A stretch of DNA of 64,000 nucleotides from Allopontixanthobacter sp. (GCF_034376665.1 NZ_JAXMJI010000067.1:53048-117047), one strand, 5' to 3'; shown: positions 36,109 through 47,567, counted from the stretch's first letter. The notes: generated from the letters alone by a model not told the origin. A program made the numbers and translations.

Positions 36109-37245
36109 ATGTCATCCATCAGACCATGGCGCGATATCGAACGCCGCAAGAGCCGCCAGATCATGGTGGGCAATACCCCCGTTGGCGGCGATGCGCCGAT
36201 CACGGTGCAGACCATGACCAACACGCTGACCTCCGACGCGGCGGCCACCATCGAGCAGATTCGCCGCTGCGAAGATGCCGGGGCTGACATCGTCCGGGTG
36301 TCCTGTCCCGACGTCGAAAGCACCGCTGCGCTGGGCCGGATCGTCAAGGCGGCGCGGATTCCGATCGTGGCGGATATCCATTTCCATTACAAACGCGCTC
36401 TGGAGGCTGCCGATGCCGGCGCCGCCTGCCTGCGGATCAATCCGGGCAATATCGGTTCGAGCGAGCGGGTGGCCGAAGTGGTCCGCGCAGCCAAGGCCAA
36501 TGGCTGCGCCATCCGCATCGGGGTCAACGCCGGCAGCCTGGAGAAGGACCTGCTCGAAAAATACGGCGAGCCCTGCCCCGAAGCACTGGTGGAAAGCGCG
36601 CTCGACCATATCAAACTGCTGCAGGATCACGATTTCCACGAATACAAGGTCGCCGTGAAAGCCAGCGACGTGTTTCTGGCAGTCGCGGCCTATCAGCAGC
36701 TGGCCGACGCGGTCGATTGCCCGCTGCATCTGGGCATTACCGAGGCCGGCGGACTGATCGGCGGGACGGTCAAATCCTCCATCGGCATGGGCAATCTGCT
36801 GTGGGCCGGGATCGGCGACACGATCCGGGTCTCGCTGTCCGCCGAACCGGAGGAAGAAGTCCGCGTCGGCTTCGAAATGCTGAAGGCGCTGGGCCTCAGG
36901 ACCCGCGGTGTGCGGGTGGTTTCCTGCCCGTCCTGCGCGCGGCAGGGGTTCGACGTGATCCGCACGGTGCAGGCGCTCGAAGAACGGCTGCAGCATATCA
37001 AGACGCCGCTTTCGCTGTCGGTACTCGGTTGCGTGGTCAACGGCCCGGGCGAAGCGCGCGAAACCGACATCGGCATCACCGGCGGCGGAAACGGCAAGCA
37101 CATGGTTTATCTGTCGGGGGTAACCGACCATCATGTGCAGTCCAGTCTGATGCTCGATCACATCGTCGAACTGGTCGAGGCCAAGGCAGCGGAAATCGAA
37201 GCCGGGATGACCGACGCCGGCAATCTGACCGAGGCCGCCGAGTAA
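36109..37245 (+). CDS. ispG: 4-hydroxy-3-methylbut-2-en-1-yl diphosphate synthase
   Basis: Start at ATG 36109 ([21 protein letters not shown]). Segments [19 protein letters not shown] and SCPSCARQ. 378 aa. Confidence 0.93.
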   Translation: MSSIRPWRDIERRKSRQIMVGNTPVGGDAPITVQTMTNTLTSDAAATIEQIRRCEDAGADIVRVSCPDVESTAALGRIVKAARIPIVADIHFHYKRALEAADAGAACLRINPGNIGSSERVAEVVRAAKANGCAIRIGVNAGSLEKDLLEKYGEPCPEALVESALDHIKLLQDHDFHEYKVAVKASDVFLAVAAYQQLADAVDCPLHLGITEAGGLIGGTVKSSIGMGNLLWAGIGDTIRVSLSAEPEEEVRVGFEMLKALGLRTRGVRVVSCPSCARQGFDVIRTVQALEERLQHIKTPLSLSVLGCVVNGPGEARETDIGITGGGNGKHMVYLSGVTDHHVQSSLMLDHIVELVEAKAAEIEAGMTDAGNLTEAAE

Positions 37246-37290
37246 TCCGGCACAAAACAACCCCCGAAAACCATAATACCAAGAGGGAAT

Positions 37291-38745
37291 ATGCGGATGC
37301 CCGGGCCTGAGACCGATTACCTGATCATCGGCGCGGGCGCGGTGGGGTTGGCCTTTGCCGACACCTTGCTGGACGAAGATCCCAATTGCCATATCACCAT
37401 CGTGGACAAGCACGCCAGGCCGGGGGGCCACTGGAACGATGCCTATTCCTTCGTCGCGCTGCATCAACCCTCTGCGTTCTACGGCGTCAATTCGATGGAA
37501 TTCGGTGACGACACGGTGGACGACCACGGACCGAACAAAGGCCTGTTTCCGCTGGCCAGCGGAGCCGAGGTTTCCGCCTATTTCGTGCGGCTGATGAGCC
37601 GCCACCTGCTGCCCAGCGGCCGGGTCAGCTATCATCCGTTGTCGGAATATATCGATTGCGAAGGCGGCATAGCCCGCTTCCGGTCGATCCTGTCGGGCAA
37701 GGAAAGCACCGTCAAAATCCGCCGCAAGCTGGTGGACGCGACATTCTACAAGACCTCCGTACCGGCCACGCACACGCGCAAGTTCGAAGTGGCGGACGGC
37801 ACACCGCTGGCCATTCCCGGACAGCTGCCCGATTTGTGGATGCGCGGGGACGATCTGCCCGGCCATTATATCATTCTGGGCGCAGGCAAGACGGCGATGG
37901 ACGCCGGGGTGTGGCTGCTGGAGGCAGGCGTCGATCCGGACCGGATCACCTGGGTGCGCCCGCGCGATTCGTGGCTGATCAACCGCACCTATACCCAGCC
38001 CGGCCCCGATTTCTTCCAAGCGATGGTCGAAAACCAGATCGCTCAGCTCAACGCCGCGGCGGAGGCGGCCACCGGCGACGAAATGTTCGAAATACTTGGC
38101 CGGGACGGGTACATGCTGCGGCTCGACCCGGAGGTGAAACCGGCGATGTTCCATTTCGCGACCATTTCCGAAGGCGAAGTCGATCTGCTGCGCCGGATCA
38201 CGCGCGTGGTCCGTCATGGCCGGGTTACGGGGATCGCGGCGGGCAGAATGGTCTTCGCCAGCGCCGAAATATCCGTGCCCGAAGACGCATTGTTCATCGA
38301 CTGCACCGCCACTGCGGTCGATTTCCACGCATATAACTCCCATGTCCCGCTGTTCGGCGGCGAGCGGATCACGCTGCAGGCGCTCCACGTTCCGCTGGTC
38401 ACGCTGAGCGCTGCCGTGGCCGCTTTCCTCGAAGCGAATTTCGACAGTGACGAGGCCAGGAACGCGCTGGCCCGCCCCGGCCCGCTCACCGATACGCCGA
38501 ACACCTATGCGCTGGCCATGCTGACCACGATGATGAACCGCGGGGCCTGGGCGCAAAACCCTGCGGTGAGCAGCTGGCTGGCGAAAGCGCGGCTCGATCC
38601 GTCGGGACCTACAATTGCCGGTCTGGCGAGGGACGGCAGTCCGAAGTTGGCGGCGCTGGCGCCGTTCCAGGCAGCTATTGCCAAGGGGATCCCGGCCCTC
38701 CAGCGGCTGGCGGTCGCGGCACGCGCAGAGCACAACGCCGCATGA
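37291..38745 (+). CDS. FAD/NAD(P)-binding oxidoreductase (flavin monooxygenase-like), function unknown
   Basis: N-terminal DYLIIGAGAVGLAF, followed by ARPGGHW. A second dinucleotide motif is ILGAGKTAMDAGVWL. Confidence 0.7.
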   Translation: MRMPGPETDYLIIGAGAVGLAFADTLLDEDPNCHITIVDKHARPGGHWNDAYSFVALHQPSAFYGVNSMEFGDDTVDDHGPNKGLFPLASGAEVSAYFVRLMSRHLLPSGRVSYHPLSEYIDCEGGIARFRSILSGKESTVKIRRKLVDATFYKTSVPATHTRKFEVADGTPLAIPGQLPDLWMRGDDLPGHYIILGAGKTAMDAGVWLLEAGVDPDRITWVRPRDSWLINRTYTQPGPDFFQAMVENQIAQLNAAAEAATGDEMFEILGRDGYMLRLDPEVKPAMFHFATISEGEVDLLRRITRVVRHGRVTGIAAGRMVFASAEISVPEDALFIDCTATAVDFHAYNSHVPLFGGERITLQALHVPLVTLSAAVAAFLEANFDSDEARNALARPGPLTDTPNTYALAMLTTMMNRGAWAQNPAVSSWLAKARLDPSGPTIAGLARDGSPKLAALAPFQAAIAKGIPALQRLAVAARAEHNAA

Positions 38746-38868
38746 GCAGGCTCGGGTCGTGCATTTTGCTGGCATCGCTGTAAATTCGATATTCGACGAA
38801 TTGGTAAATCTTGCCGGGCAGAATCCGTATTCACCATCCTGATAGATTTGGTAAGGTAAGCAGGTGTT

Positions 38869-39591
38869 ATGAAACGGCGTGAACTTCTTGCAGGCAGTGT
38901 GGCCGCCGGGCTTTCGCTCGGTGCGGGCTTCGGCGGTGTGCCGCGCGTGTTTGCCCAAGCCTCGCCGCTCGGGCTGCGCGACCGGAAGTTGATGGAGATC
39001 GCCCGGCAGCAGCAGGCAAAAGCCGGAAGCATGCTGTGGCGGACCGATTTCGTCGGGATCGCCGATTATGGCCTGCGATCGTCCGAACCGCGGTTCCACT
39101 TCGTCAATCTGGAAGCCGGACGGGTCGATTCCTACCTGGTCAGCCACGGGGACGGATCGGATCCGGAACATGATGGCTGGCTGAACTGGTTTTCCAACGA
39201 GGACGGGTCGCATTGCAGCAGCAAAGGCACCTATATGACCTACGGCTGGTACACGGGCCGCTACGGCACCTCGATCCGGCTGGAAGGGATCGAACCGACC
39301 AATTCCAACGCGCTCAACCGCGCGATCGTGATGCACCGCGCAAGCTATGCGGAGCCGGAATTCCTCGACAAATGGGGCCGACTGGGCAGATCCAACGGCT
39401 GTTTCGCGATGGGCGATGCCCAGTTCAAGCTGGCACTGCTCCACCTGGGCGGTGGGCGGGTGCTCTATGCCGACAGCCTCGGTCTGCGCGAAGATGGCAG
39501 TATAATTCCCGAAGATCAGCGGCGCGAAATCGAAGTCTTGACGCCCGAAAGGCCAACCGGGATTCAACAGCTCAATCCCGGTGTCTATTAA
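38869..39591 (+). CDS. L,D-transpeptidase catalytic-domain-like protein with Tat signal
   Basis: Twin-arginine signal MKRRELLAGSVAAGLSLGAG. Catalytic context MHRASY..GRSNGCFAM. Confidence 0.75.
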   Translation: MKRRELLAGSVAAGLSLGAGFGGVPRVFAQASPLGLRDRKLMEIARQQQAKAGSMLWRTDFVGIADYGLRSSEPRFHFVNLEAGRVDSYLVSHGDGSDPEHDGWLNWFSNEDGSHCSSKGTYMTYGWYTGRYGTSIRLEGIEPTNSNALNRAIVMHRASYAEPEFLDKWGRLGRSNGCFAMGDAQFKLALLHLGGGRVLYADSLGLREDGSIIPEDQRREIEVLTPERPTGIQQLNPGVY

Positions 39592-39637
39592 GCCCCTGAT
39601 CTGATGAAAATCGTCCGATAAACTTTCCCGGTCGGGC

Positions 39638-41050
39638 TCACGTAATTCGCAGATCGTCCTCGATCACGATCACCTGCTCACCCGTCACCCGGGACCGGTT
39701 CGGCTTGCGGGGCGCCTCGAAGCTGGCCAGCACCGGCGCATCCCGGTCGTAGATGTCGGCGAATGTCGACAGCTTCCCGTCGATGTCCTGCGCCATCGTG
39801 AAATAGGTGATGTAGACCGGCATCTGCTTCTGGAATGCCACCTTGGTGTATTCCCCGCCCTTGATCAGATCGACCCCTTCCTGCGCGGTCAGCCCGCCCT
39901 GGAGAATGGCCAGCGTGATCGCCAGTTCGGTGGCGCGTTCGGTCCGGATGCACCCGTGGCTTAGCGCCCGGTTGGCGGTTTCGAACAATTGACGCGCGGG
40001 AGTATCGTGCAGGAAAATCGCATGTCGGTTGGGCATATCGAGCTTCATCAGGCCCAGCGAATTGCCCGGCCCCGGCTGCTGCACCACGTTAACCCAGCCA
40101 TTCTCGCCCTTGGTGGCCTTGTAGCCGTTGTTGCGCGCCCACGCCGGGTTGGCCAGTACGCGGGCGCCCAGACCTTCGCCCTTCACGATCGACTGCGGGA
40201 CGGTCCAGGTCGGGTTGAAAATCACCCCTTCGACGCTTTCGGCCAACTGCGGAGTAGCGGTGCGGCCGGGCTTGCCCACCACGGTCTTGTAGGTTCGCAT
40301 GATCTTGTCGTTGACCGTCAGCCGCAGCTGGAATTCCGGCACGTTGGTCATCAGATACTGGCTGCCCAGATCGCGCGCCAGCCAGCGCCACCGATCCATG
40401 TTGGCGCGAATCATCAGGCGGCGTTTCTTGTTCGCAGCCGGTGTTTTCGCCAGTTCTTCCTTCAGCCGCGCATAGTCGGGATGCTCCGGATTGATCCGGG
40501 CCAGCGTGCCGGCGAGGTCGCCGCTCGCCAACGCGTCGCCCATCAGTTTCGCGGTCGGATACCGGTCCGCGTCGGGATCGAACACGAACCACTGCTTGCG
40601 CGCATCCATCGGGGTGCGTCCGTCACGCAGGTCCTCGACCAGGAAAGCAAAGCTCTGGCTCGCAATCTCGTCCAACCTCTCACCCGGCCCCCCGGCGATT
40701 GCAGCGCGCAAGGCGATCGGATTGTAGTCGAGGGGATCCAGCCCTTCGGAACCGATCCGCTCGATCATGGTCAACAGCGTGCGGGCGTGTTTTACGGGCC
40801 AGGGCTGGGTGATCGAGGGTACTTCCTGAACCACTTCGTCCGAGAACGCTTCGGCCACCGATTGCGGTTTCGCCAGTGGGCCGGAAACCACCGCGTCCGT
40901 TCCCGCCTCGACCGGTTTACTCGGGATCGTTCTTTCGGGCGGCAGAAGATCTCTCGGCGCGGATTGCTGGGCGAGCCCCGGGCCCGGGACCGCCCCGAAA
41001 CCAGCCAAGGCTGCAGCCGCAAGCAACGAAAAACGCACGGAGATGTTCAT
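39638..41050 (-). CDS. L,D-transpeptidase (YcbB-like, with N-terminal PG-binding-type region)
   Basis: Start at MNISVRFSLLAAAALAG (ATG 41050). YkuD catalytic motif IFLHDTP..ALSHGCIR. Confidence 0.85.
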   Translation of the reverse strand: MNISVRFSLLAAAALAGFGAVPGPGLAQQSAPRDLLPPERTIPSKPVEAGTDAVVSGPLAKPQSVAEAFSDEVVQEVPSITQPWPVKHARTLLTMIERIGSEGLDPLDYNPIALRAAIAGGPGERLDEIASQSFAFLVEDLRDGRTPMDARKQWFVFDPDADRYPTAKLMGDALASGDLAGTLARINPEHPDYARLKEELAKTPAANKKRRLMIRANMDRWRWLARDLGSQYLMTNVPEFQLRLTVNDKIMRTYKTVVGKPGRTATPQLAESVEGVIFNPTWTVPQSIVKGEGLGARVLANPAWARNNGYKATKGENGWVNVVQQPGPGNSLGLMKLDMPNRHAIFLHDTPARQLFETANRALSHGCIRTERATELAITLAILQGGLTAQEGVDLIKGGEYTKVAFQKQMPVYITYFTMAQDIDGKLSTFADIYDRDAPVLASFEAPRKPNRSRVTGEQVIVIEDDLRIT

Positions 41051-41206
41051 ATTTACCCTTGGCCCCACTGACGGAAAATGCATTCTACTGGACGGTCGAA
41101 TCGTAAATAACCCGACTTCGGCCCCTGCATCAACCATCCCGCCTGTATCTGTGGTGAATCGCGCTAAGCTGGTGACGGATCGAGCGGTAGCAGATAAGGG
41201 CGCGCT

Positions 41207-42103
41207 GTGCTGCAATTTCGTGCCTTTCTGCCATTTCTTGCGGCGCTGGCCGGGGTTGGCTTTCTGTCCCTGATGGACGCGTTCATGAAAAGCGCGTCTC
41301 TGGCTGCCGGGGCGTACAGCGCTGCCGTGCTGCGTTCCGCCATCGCGGCGGCCATCATTTTACCGATCTGGCTGGGAACCGGAGGCCGCTGGCCCCAGCG
41401 CAGCGTATTGCGCCTCCACCTGATCCGCGGAACTGTGTCGGGGTTCATGGCGCTCAGTTTTTTCTATGCGCTGACCAAGCTGCCGATCGCAGAAGCGATC
41501 GCGATCAGCTTTGTTGCCCCGCTGATCGCGCTGTACCTCGCCGCCATCCTGCTGGGTGAGCAGATCCGGCGCGAGGCGATCGTCGCGTCGGTGCTGGGGC
41601 TGGCGGGAACCGGCGTGATCATCGGCGCCCGATTGGGCAGCGCCGAGTACGATACCGAAACGCTCAAAGGCCTTGGCGCTATCCTGTTTTCGGCCCTGCT
41701 GTACGCTTATAATTTCATCGTCATCCGCAAGCAGGCTCAGGTTTCCAGCCCGTTGGAGGCGACGACCTTCCACAGCGGCGTGGCCTGCGCCGTGCTGGCG
41801 GTATTCGCGCCGTGGTTCCTCATCCTGCCCGCGGCGGGCCCGATGGGGGACATTGCGGTGGCATCGGTCCTGACCCTGCTCGGCTCCCTACTGATCACTT
41901 TCGCCTATGCCCGTGCGGAAGCGCAGGCGCTGGTGCCGATGGAATACAGCGGCTTTCTGTGGGCGGCGCTGTTCGGTTGGCTGTTCTTCCGCGAGCCGGT
42001 CACCGCGGCCACCATCGCCGGAACCCTGCTGATCGTCGCTGGCTGCTGGATCGTAGCCCGTCCGCGGCCGGCAATGCCGCAAACCGAACAAACCGCGATC
42101 TAG
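41207..42103 (+). CDS. DMT-superfamily (EamA) transporter
   Basis: 298 aa with about 10 TM segments in two EamA-like halves. Confidence 0.85.
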   Translation: MLQFRAFLPFLAALAGVGFLSLMDAFMKSASLAAGAYSAAVLRSAIAAAIILPIWLGTGGRWPQRSVLRLHLIRGTVSGFMALSFFYALTKLPIAEAIAISFVAPLIALYLAAILLGEQIRREAIVASVLGLAGTGVIIGARLGSAEYDTETLKGLGAILFSALLYAYNFIVIRKQAQVSSPLEATTFHSGVACAVLAVFAPWFLILPAAGPMGDIAVASVLTLLGSLLITFAYARAEAQALVPMEYSGFLWAALFGWLFFREPVTAATIAGTLLIVAGCWIVARPRPAMPQTEQTAI

Positions 42104-42286
42104 CCCTTCGATTGCCTGAAAGCGGGTTGATGGAGCCGTTTTCTTGGCATTTTGCAGGGGTAGCACCCTTGACCAACCGCGCCTGAACGCGCAGTTGCGA
42201 GGCAAATATCCCCTCGCCGGCCGATAGGCGGAAACGCGCCTGTTGGCAGGCGGGCGAGCATCCAGATAGAAAGGACCCAGCGCACC

Positions 42287-44959
42287 ATGACCCAGGTCGG
42301 AACAGACACAATCGGCGCCCGCAGCACGATGACAGTCGGCGGCAAGCAAATCGCCTATTATTCGCTCGCCAAGGCGGCGGAATCGATCGGCGACATTTCC
42401 CGCCTGCCGACCTCGCTCAAGGTCCTGCTGGAAAATCTCCTGCGGTTCGAGGACGGGGGCTTCACCGTATCCCGGGAGCATATCCAGGCAATCGCCGACT
42501 GGCAGAACAATCCTTCCACGGGCGAGGAAATCCAGTACCGCCCCGGCCGCGTGCTGCTGCAGGATTTCACCGGCGTTCCCTGCGTGGTCGATCTGGCCGC
42601 CATGCGCGATGCAATTGCGAAGCTGGGCGGCGACACGCAGAAAATCAACCCGCAGGTGCCGGTGCATCTGGTGATCGACCATTCGGTGATGGTGGACGAG
42701 TTTGGCCATCCCAAGGCATTCGAACACAATGTCGAAATGGAATATCAGCGCAATGCGGAACGCTATGACTTCCTCAAATGGGGTTCGAAAAGCCTGAGCA
42801 ATTTCAAGGCGGTCCCCCCGGGTACCGGCATCTGCCATCAGGTAAACCTGGAAAATATCGCCCAATGCGTGTGGACCAGCCAGGACCCGAGCGGTGCCAC
42901 CGTGGCCTATCCCGACACCTGCGTCGGCACCGACAGCCACACCACCATGATCAACGGTCTTGGCGTGCTCGGCTGGGGTGTTGGCGGGATCGAGGCAGAA
43001 GCCGCGATGCTGGGCCAGCCGGTTTCCATGCTGGTGCCCGAAGTGGTCGGTTTCAAGCTCACTGGCGCAATGGCCGAGGGCATCACCGCCACCGATCTGG
43101 TGCTGACCTGCGTCCAGATGCTGCGCGAAGTGGGCGTGGTGGGCAGTTTCGTCGAATTCTACGGCCCCGGCGTCAGCAAGCTGAGTCTGGCAGACCGCGC
43201 GACCATCGCCAACATGGCGCCCGAATATGGCGCGACCTGCGGTTTCTTCGGCGTCGATGACAAGACAATGGAATATCTGCGCCTGACCGGTCGCAGCGAA
43301 GACCAGTTGCAACTCGTCGAAGCCTATTACCGCGCCCAGGGAATGTGGTTCGATCCGGCGCATGAACCGGTTTTCACCAAGACCCTCAGCCTCGACATGG
43401 GCAGCGTTGTTCCGTCACTTGCCGGCCCCAAGCGCCCGCAGGACAAGGTCGCGCTGCCCGAAGTGGACGATCTGTTCAACGGCGAACTGGCCTCGGTCTA
43501 CAAGAAATCCGCGGCGGAGCGCGTCGCAGTCGAAGGCAAGGATCACGACATTGGCGACGGCGATGTGGTGATCGCGGCAATCACCAGCTGCACCAACACC
43601 TCCAACCCCGATGTGCTGATCGCCGCCGGTCTGGTTGCGCGCAAGGCCAACGCGCTGGGCATGAAGCCCAAGCCCTGGGTCAAAACCAGCCTGGCACCGG
43701 GATCGCAGGTGGTCACGGATTATCTGGTCAAGGCCGGGCTGCAGGACGATCTGGACGCGATCGGTTTCGATCTGGTCGGCTATGGCTGCACCACCTGCAT
43801 CGGCAATTCCGGCCCGCTGACGCCGCCGATCAGTGCCGCGATCAACAACAACAACATCGTCGCCGCCAGCGTGCTGTCCGGCAACCGCAATTTCGAAGGC
43901 CGCATATCACCCGATGTCCGCGCCAACTTCCTCGCCAGCCCGCCGCTGGTGGTGGCCTATGCCCTGCGCGGCACCGTCACGACCGATATGGTCTCGACCC
44001 CGATCGGGCAGGACCGGGACGGGAACGATGTCTATTTGAAGGATATCTGGCCAAGCAATCTGGAAATTGCCGACCTGCGTGCCAGCTCAATCGACCGCGC
44101 CATGTTCGAAGCGCGCTACGCCGATGTCTACAAGGGTGACGAGCACTGGCAGGCGATCGATGTGACCGGTTCGGACACCTACCAGTGGCGTCCGGGCAGC
44201 ACCTATGTGGCCAACCCGCCCTATTTCGACGGCATGAGCATGACCCCCGCCACGATCATCGACATTGTCGAGGCAAAGCCGCTGGCGATACTCGGCGATT
44301 CGGTGACCACCGACCACATTTCGCCCGCTGGATCGATCAAGGAAGATAGCCCCGCGGGCGAATATCTGATGTCAAACCAGGTGGCGAAAGCAGACTTCAA
44401 TTCCTACGGCTCGCGCCGCGGCAATCACGAAGTAATGATGCGCGGCACCTTTGCCAACATCCGGATCAAGAACGAAATGGTCCCTGGTGTCGAAGGCGGC
44501 ATGACCACCTATGGCGGCGAAACCATGGCAATTTACGACGCCGCGATGAAGCACAAGGCGGACGGCACTCCGCTGGTGGTAATCGCGGGTAAGGAATATG
44601 GCACCGGGTCCAGCCGCGACTGGGCGGCGAAGGGCACCAATCTGCTCGGCGTGCGGGCGGTAATCGTCGAAAGCTACGAGCGGATCCACCGGTCCAACCT
44701 GGTCGGCATGGGGGTCCTCCCCTTGCAGTTCGCCGGCGGCGACACCCGCGAAACGCTGGGCCTGACCGGCGATGACAGCTTCACAATCCGTGGTCTGGCC
44801 GATCTGGTTCCGGGGCAGGATGTCACCGTGGATGTCACCCGCGCGAATGGCGAGACATTCCGCTTCACCGCCAAATGCCGGATCGATACCGCCAACGAGA
44901 TGGAATATTACCGAAACGGCGGCATCCTCCATTACGTGCTGCGCAATCTGGCGGCCTGA
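42287..44959 (+). CDS. acnA: Aconitate hydratase A
   Basis: 890 aa. Segments [34 protein letters not shown] and [12 protein letters not shown]. Confidence 0.95.
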   Translation: MTQVGTDTIGARSTMTVGGKQIAYYSLAKAAESIGDISRLPTSLKVLLENLLRFEDGGFTVSREHIQAIADWQNNPSTGEEIQYRPGRVLLQDFTGVPCVVDLAAMRDAIAKLGGDTQKINPQVPVHLVIDHSVMVDEFGHPKAFEHNVEMEYQRNAERYDFLKWGSKSLSNFKAVPPGTGICHQVNLENIAQCVWTSQDPSGATVAYPDTCVGTDSHTTMINGLGVLGWGVGGIEAEAAMLGQPVSMLVPEVVGFKLTGAMAEGITATDLVLTCVQMLREVGVVGSFVEFYGPGVSKLSLADRATIANMAPEYGATCGFFGVDDKTMEYLRLTGRSEDQLQLVEAYYRAQGMWFDPAHEPVFTKTLSLDMGSVVPSLAGPKRPQDKVALPEVDDLFNGELASVYKKSAAERVAVEGKDHDIGDGDVVIAAITSCTNTSNPDVLIAAGLVARKANALGMKPKPWVKTSLAPGSQVVTDYLVKAGLQDDLDAIGFDLVGYGCTTCIGNSGPLTPPISAAINNNNIVAASVLSGNRNFEGRISPDVRANFLASPPLVVAYALRGTVTTDMVSTPIGQDRDGNDVYLKDIWPSNLEIADLRASSIDRAMFEARYADVYKGDEHWQAIDVTGSDTYQWRPGSTYVANPPYFDGMSMTPATIIDIVEAKPLAILGDSVTTDHISPAGSIKEDSPAGEYLMSNQVAKADFNSYGSRRGNHEVMMRGTFANIRIKNEMVPGVEGGMTTYGGETMAIYDAAMKHKADGTPLVVIAGKEYGTGSSRDWAAKGTNLLGVRAVIVESYERIHRSNLVGMGVLPLQFAGGDTRETLGLTGDDSFTIRGLADLVPGQDVTVDVTRANGETFRFTAKCRIDTANEMEYYRNGGILHYVLRNLAA

Positions 44960-44989
44960 TCGCCCGGCCTGAACGGCTTCGAAAAAAAC

Positions 44990-45015
44990 GGGCGGCATCC
45001 TCGCAGATGCCGCCC
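44990..45015. terminator. Bidirectional Rho-independent terminator
   Basis: Perfect 10-bp stem GGGCGGCATC/GATGCCGCCC with a 6-nt loop. An A7 tract lies on the left (a U-run for the minus-strand gene) and CTTCTTGT lies on the right. Confidence 0.7.
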
Positions 45016-45043
45016 GCTTCTTGTCGCACGCCGGAAGGGTAGC

Positions 45044-46279
45044 TTACGCTGCCTTCCTCCGTCTGAATTTGCGCCGCCCGAGGACTGCTGCCGCGGCGAG
45101 TCCGAACAGGATCGTCATGGGCGGGGCCGGAACCGGGGTGCCGCTGGTCGATCCGTGACCGCCCGAAGTGGTCATTCCGGAAGTGCTCGTCACATTGCCC
45201 GAGGTGGACGATGACGAGGACGAGGAAGTGGACGAGGAGGTCGAACTGCTGGTCGAGGTCGAGCTGGTGACATTGCCCGAGGTCGACGTGCTGGTGGAGA
45301 TGTTGCCCGAGGTGGACGACGAAGTCGAAGAGCTGCTGGAAACACTGCCGGAGGAACTACTCGAGACGTTCCCCGAGGAACTGCTCGAGACGTTGCCGGA
45401 AGTCGAGGAGCTGGCGTTATTGCCGGAACTGCTCGAAACGTTTCCCGAACTGGTCGAAACGTTTCCCGAACTGCTCGAAACGTTACCCGAACTGGTCGAG
45501 GTCGAGGTCGAACTGGTCACACCCCCGGTGGACGTGCTCACCCCTCCGGTCGAAGTAGAGACTCCGCCGGTCGATGTGGAAATCCCGCCAGTGGAGGTGC
45601 TGACGCCGCCGGTCGTGGTCGAACTCCCGCCGGTGGAGGTGGAGGTCGAACTCCCCCCGGTCGAAGTCGAGCTTCCGCCGGTTGACGTCGATGTTGACGT
45701 GCCGCCCGACGAATTATCGATATCGATGATGATGCCGCCGCCCGAAGAGGATGATCCGCTGGTGGAGGTTGAAGTGGTGGAGGTGATATTCACGCTACCG
45801 CCGCTCGAACCGCCGCCGCCGAAAAAGCCCCCGAAGAAGCCGCCGCCAAATCCGCCGCCAAATCCGCCGCTGCCGCCGATCACGGTCACATCACCGCCGC
45901 CGCCGCCCTGAAACGGGGGCAGCGGGGGGAGCGGTGCCGGGACCGCCGCATAAGCCATCCGGTAAGCCGGTGCACAATGTTCGCTGCCCTCGATGATTAC
46001 GCCGTCTGCGCCGCGTGGCAATACGCCGCCCGGGCCGACCGGCTCGCATTCCACCACCCGCCTGACGATGCGGCGCTTGCGCGTGACGGTCTTGGGCACG
46101 CTGCGTTCGGCAGTGCGCTGCTTCACATATTTAACCGGCTGGGCCTTGACCGACTTGCCGGATGCGATGTGCATGCTTGCTGCCGCCGGCTTTTCCGCCA
46201 CATGGACCGCGCCGCCCGCAAGCAGCGCGCCGCCGGCTGCGGTTGCGGACAATTTCGCCAGGGCCATCTTTACCGACAT
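45044..46279 (-). CDS. Secreted Ser/Thr/Gly-rich repetitive protein with a PEP-CTERM-like C-terminal anchor
   Basis: Signal-like N-terminus MSVKMALAKLSATAAGGALLAGGAVHVA. A Gly/Phe block is followed by heptad repeats GGVSTST and SGNVSSS. The tail is PVPAPPMTILFGLAAAAVLGRRKFRRRKAA. Start could be 46279 or 46267. Confidence 0.7.
   Translation of the reverse strand: MSVKMALAKLSATAAGGALLAGGAVHVAEKPAAASMHIASGKSVKAQPVKYVKQRTAERSVPKTVTRKRRIVRRVVECEPVGPGGVLPRGADGVIIEGSEHCAPAYRMAYAAVPAPLPPLPPFQGGGGGDVTVIGGSGGFGGGFGGGFFGGFFGGGGSSGGSVNITSTTSTSTSGSSSSGGGIIIDIDNSSGGTSTSTSTGGSSTSTGGSSTSTSTGGSSTTTGGVSTSTGGISTSTGGVSTSTGGVSTSTGGVTSSTSTSTSSGNVSSSSGNVSTSSGNVSSSSGNNASSSTSGNVSSSSSGNVSSSSSGSVSSSSSTSSSTSGNISTSTSTSGNVTSSTSTSSSTSSSTSSSSSSSTSGNVTSTSGMTTSGGHGSTSGTPVPAPPMTILFGLAAAAVLGRRKFRRRKAA
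45150..45910. repeat. Low-complexity coding repeats with 21-nt periodicity over about 45330-45700
   Basis: A degenerate 21-nt unit ending ..CCGCCGGT.. recurs, encoding GGxSTST. A second 21-nt family encodes SGNVSSS. Confidence 0.8.
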
Positions 46280-46511
46280 GAGCAGGCTCTCTTGTTGCTT
46301 CCGGGTAGCGCGGGTTCCGGCAGCAGCACATCCGCCAGTCCGCACTTCCCTGTCCGGGCAACAGACGTCGGCGCCCGGCAACCCGCAACCGGATTAACCA
46401 TGAATTGAGCCGCTTTGGCGAGATGGGCGGGTCCGGAGTGGCCGCGTCTGGCCGAGATGTCCCACAATGAAACCGATCAGGCAGCAATTCCTGTCCGGCC
46501 TGGCCCCCGCG

Positions 46512-47567
46512 TTAACCTTTGCCGTCGAACAATCCGGTCTGCCGATTCGGTTCTTCGCCCGGTTTGGGGGCTGGCGGCGGGGTCATGTCCAGATGCTGCC
46601 ACGCCAGATCGTTCAGGCACCGCCCCCGCGCGGTGCGGGCGATCAGGCCAAGCTGGATCAGATAGGGTTCGATCACTTCTTCCACCGTGTCGCGCGGTTC
46701 GCTGAGGCCCGCGGCGAGCGTTTCGACGCCCACCGGACCGCCCTTGTAGATCTCCGCGATCATCATCAGATAGCGCCGGTCCATCGCATCGAGGCCCAGC
46801 CGGTCGACCTCCAGCCGGGTCAGCGCCTCGTCCGCAACCTTTGCGGTTACCGACCCGTCCCCCGCCACATGGGCGAAATCGCGCACGCGGCGCATCAGCC
46901 GCCCGGCCACCCGCGGAGTGCCGCGCGCCCGGCGGGCAATCTCGCGCGCGCCGCCCGTTTCGATCTTCATTGCCAGCAGCCCGGCCCCGCGAGTCACCAC
47001 CCGTTCCAGTTCCGCCTCGGTATAGAAATTGAGCCGGACGGGAATGCCGAACCGGTCGCGCAGCGGCGTGGTCAGCAGCCCCTGCCGCGTCGTCGCGCCG
47101 ATCAGGGTGAACGGCGGCAGATCGATCCGGACCGAGCGCGCCGATGGCCCCTCGCCGATGATCAGATCGAGCGCGCGATCCTCCATCGCCGGGTAGAGGA
47201 TCTCCTCCACGACCGGATTGAGCCGGTGGATCTCGTCGATGAACAGAACGTCATGCGGCTCCAGATTGGTCAGCAGCGCGGCCAGATCGCCCGATTTGGC
47301 TATGACCGGGCCGGAAGTGGCGCGGAAACCGACGCCGAGTTCGCGCGCGACGATCTGCGCCAGAGTGGTCTTGCCCAGCCCCGGCGGGCCGAAGAACAAC
47401 ACATGGTCCATCGCCTCCCCACGCCCGCGCGCCGCCTCGATAAACACCCGCAGATTATCCCGCGCCGCCTCCTGCCCGACAAATTCGGCAAGGCTTTTGG
47501 GACGCAGGGCTGCATCCGGATCTTCCGGCTGGCGGTCAGCCGCATGAAGGGGGGTGGGGGAGGTCAT
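46512..47567 (-). CDS. ruvB: Holliday junction branch-migration helicase RuvB
   Basis: 351 aa. Walker [21 protein letters not shown] and the RuvB C-terminal winged helix. Confidence 0.95.
   Translation of the reverse strand: MTSPTPLHAADRQPEDPDAALRPKSLAEFVGQEAARDNLRVFIEAARGRGEAMDHVLFFGPPGLGKTTLAQIVARELGVGFRATSGPVIAKSGDLAALLTNLEPHDVLFIDEIHRLNPVVEEILYPAMEDRALDLIIGEGPSARSVRIDLPPFTLIGATTRQGLLTTPLRDRFGIPVRLNFYTEAELERVVTRGAGLLAMKIETGGAREIARRARGTPRVAGRLMRRVRDFAHVAGDGSVTAKVADEALTRLEVDRLGLDAMDRRYLMMIAEIYKGGPVGVETLAAGLSEPRDTVEEVIEPYLIQLGLIARTARGRCLNDLAWQHLDMTPPPAPKPGEEPNRQTGLFDGKG

Noticed and set aside
36112-39567. A 1151-aa ORF on the minus strand spanning ispG, the flavoprotein gene and the Tat-signal L,D-transpeptidase-like gene.
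   Set aside because: It is antisense to three well-supported genes (ispG in particular is unmistakable). The translation is Arg/Gly/Ala/His-rich with no recognisable domain. Long stop-free antisense frames are expected at about 65% GC.
45168-45911. A plus-strand 247-aa ORF with striking ELLETLPE / PPVEVE repeats.
   Set aside because: It is the mirror image of the 21-nt repeats of the minus-strand Ser/Thr-rich gene. It lacks a signal, an SD and a sensible N- or C-terminus. The minus-strand frame has a signal peptide and a sorting-type tail.
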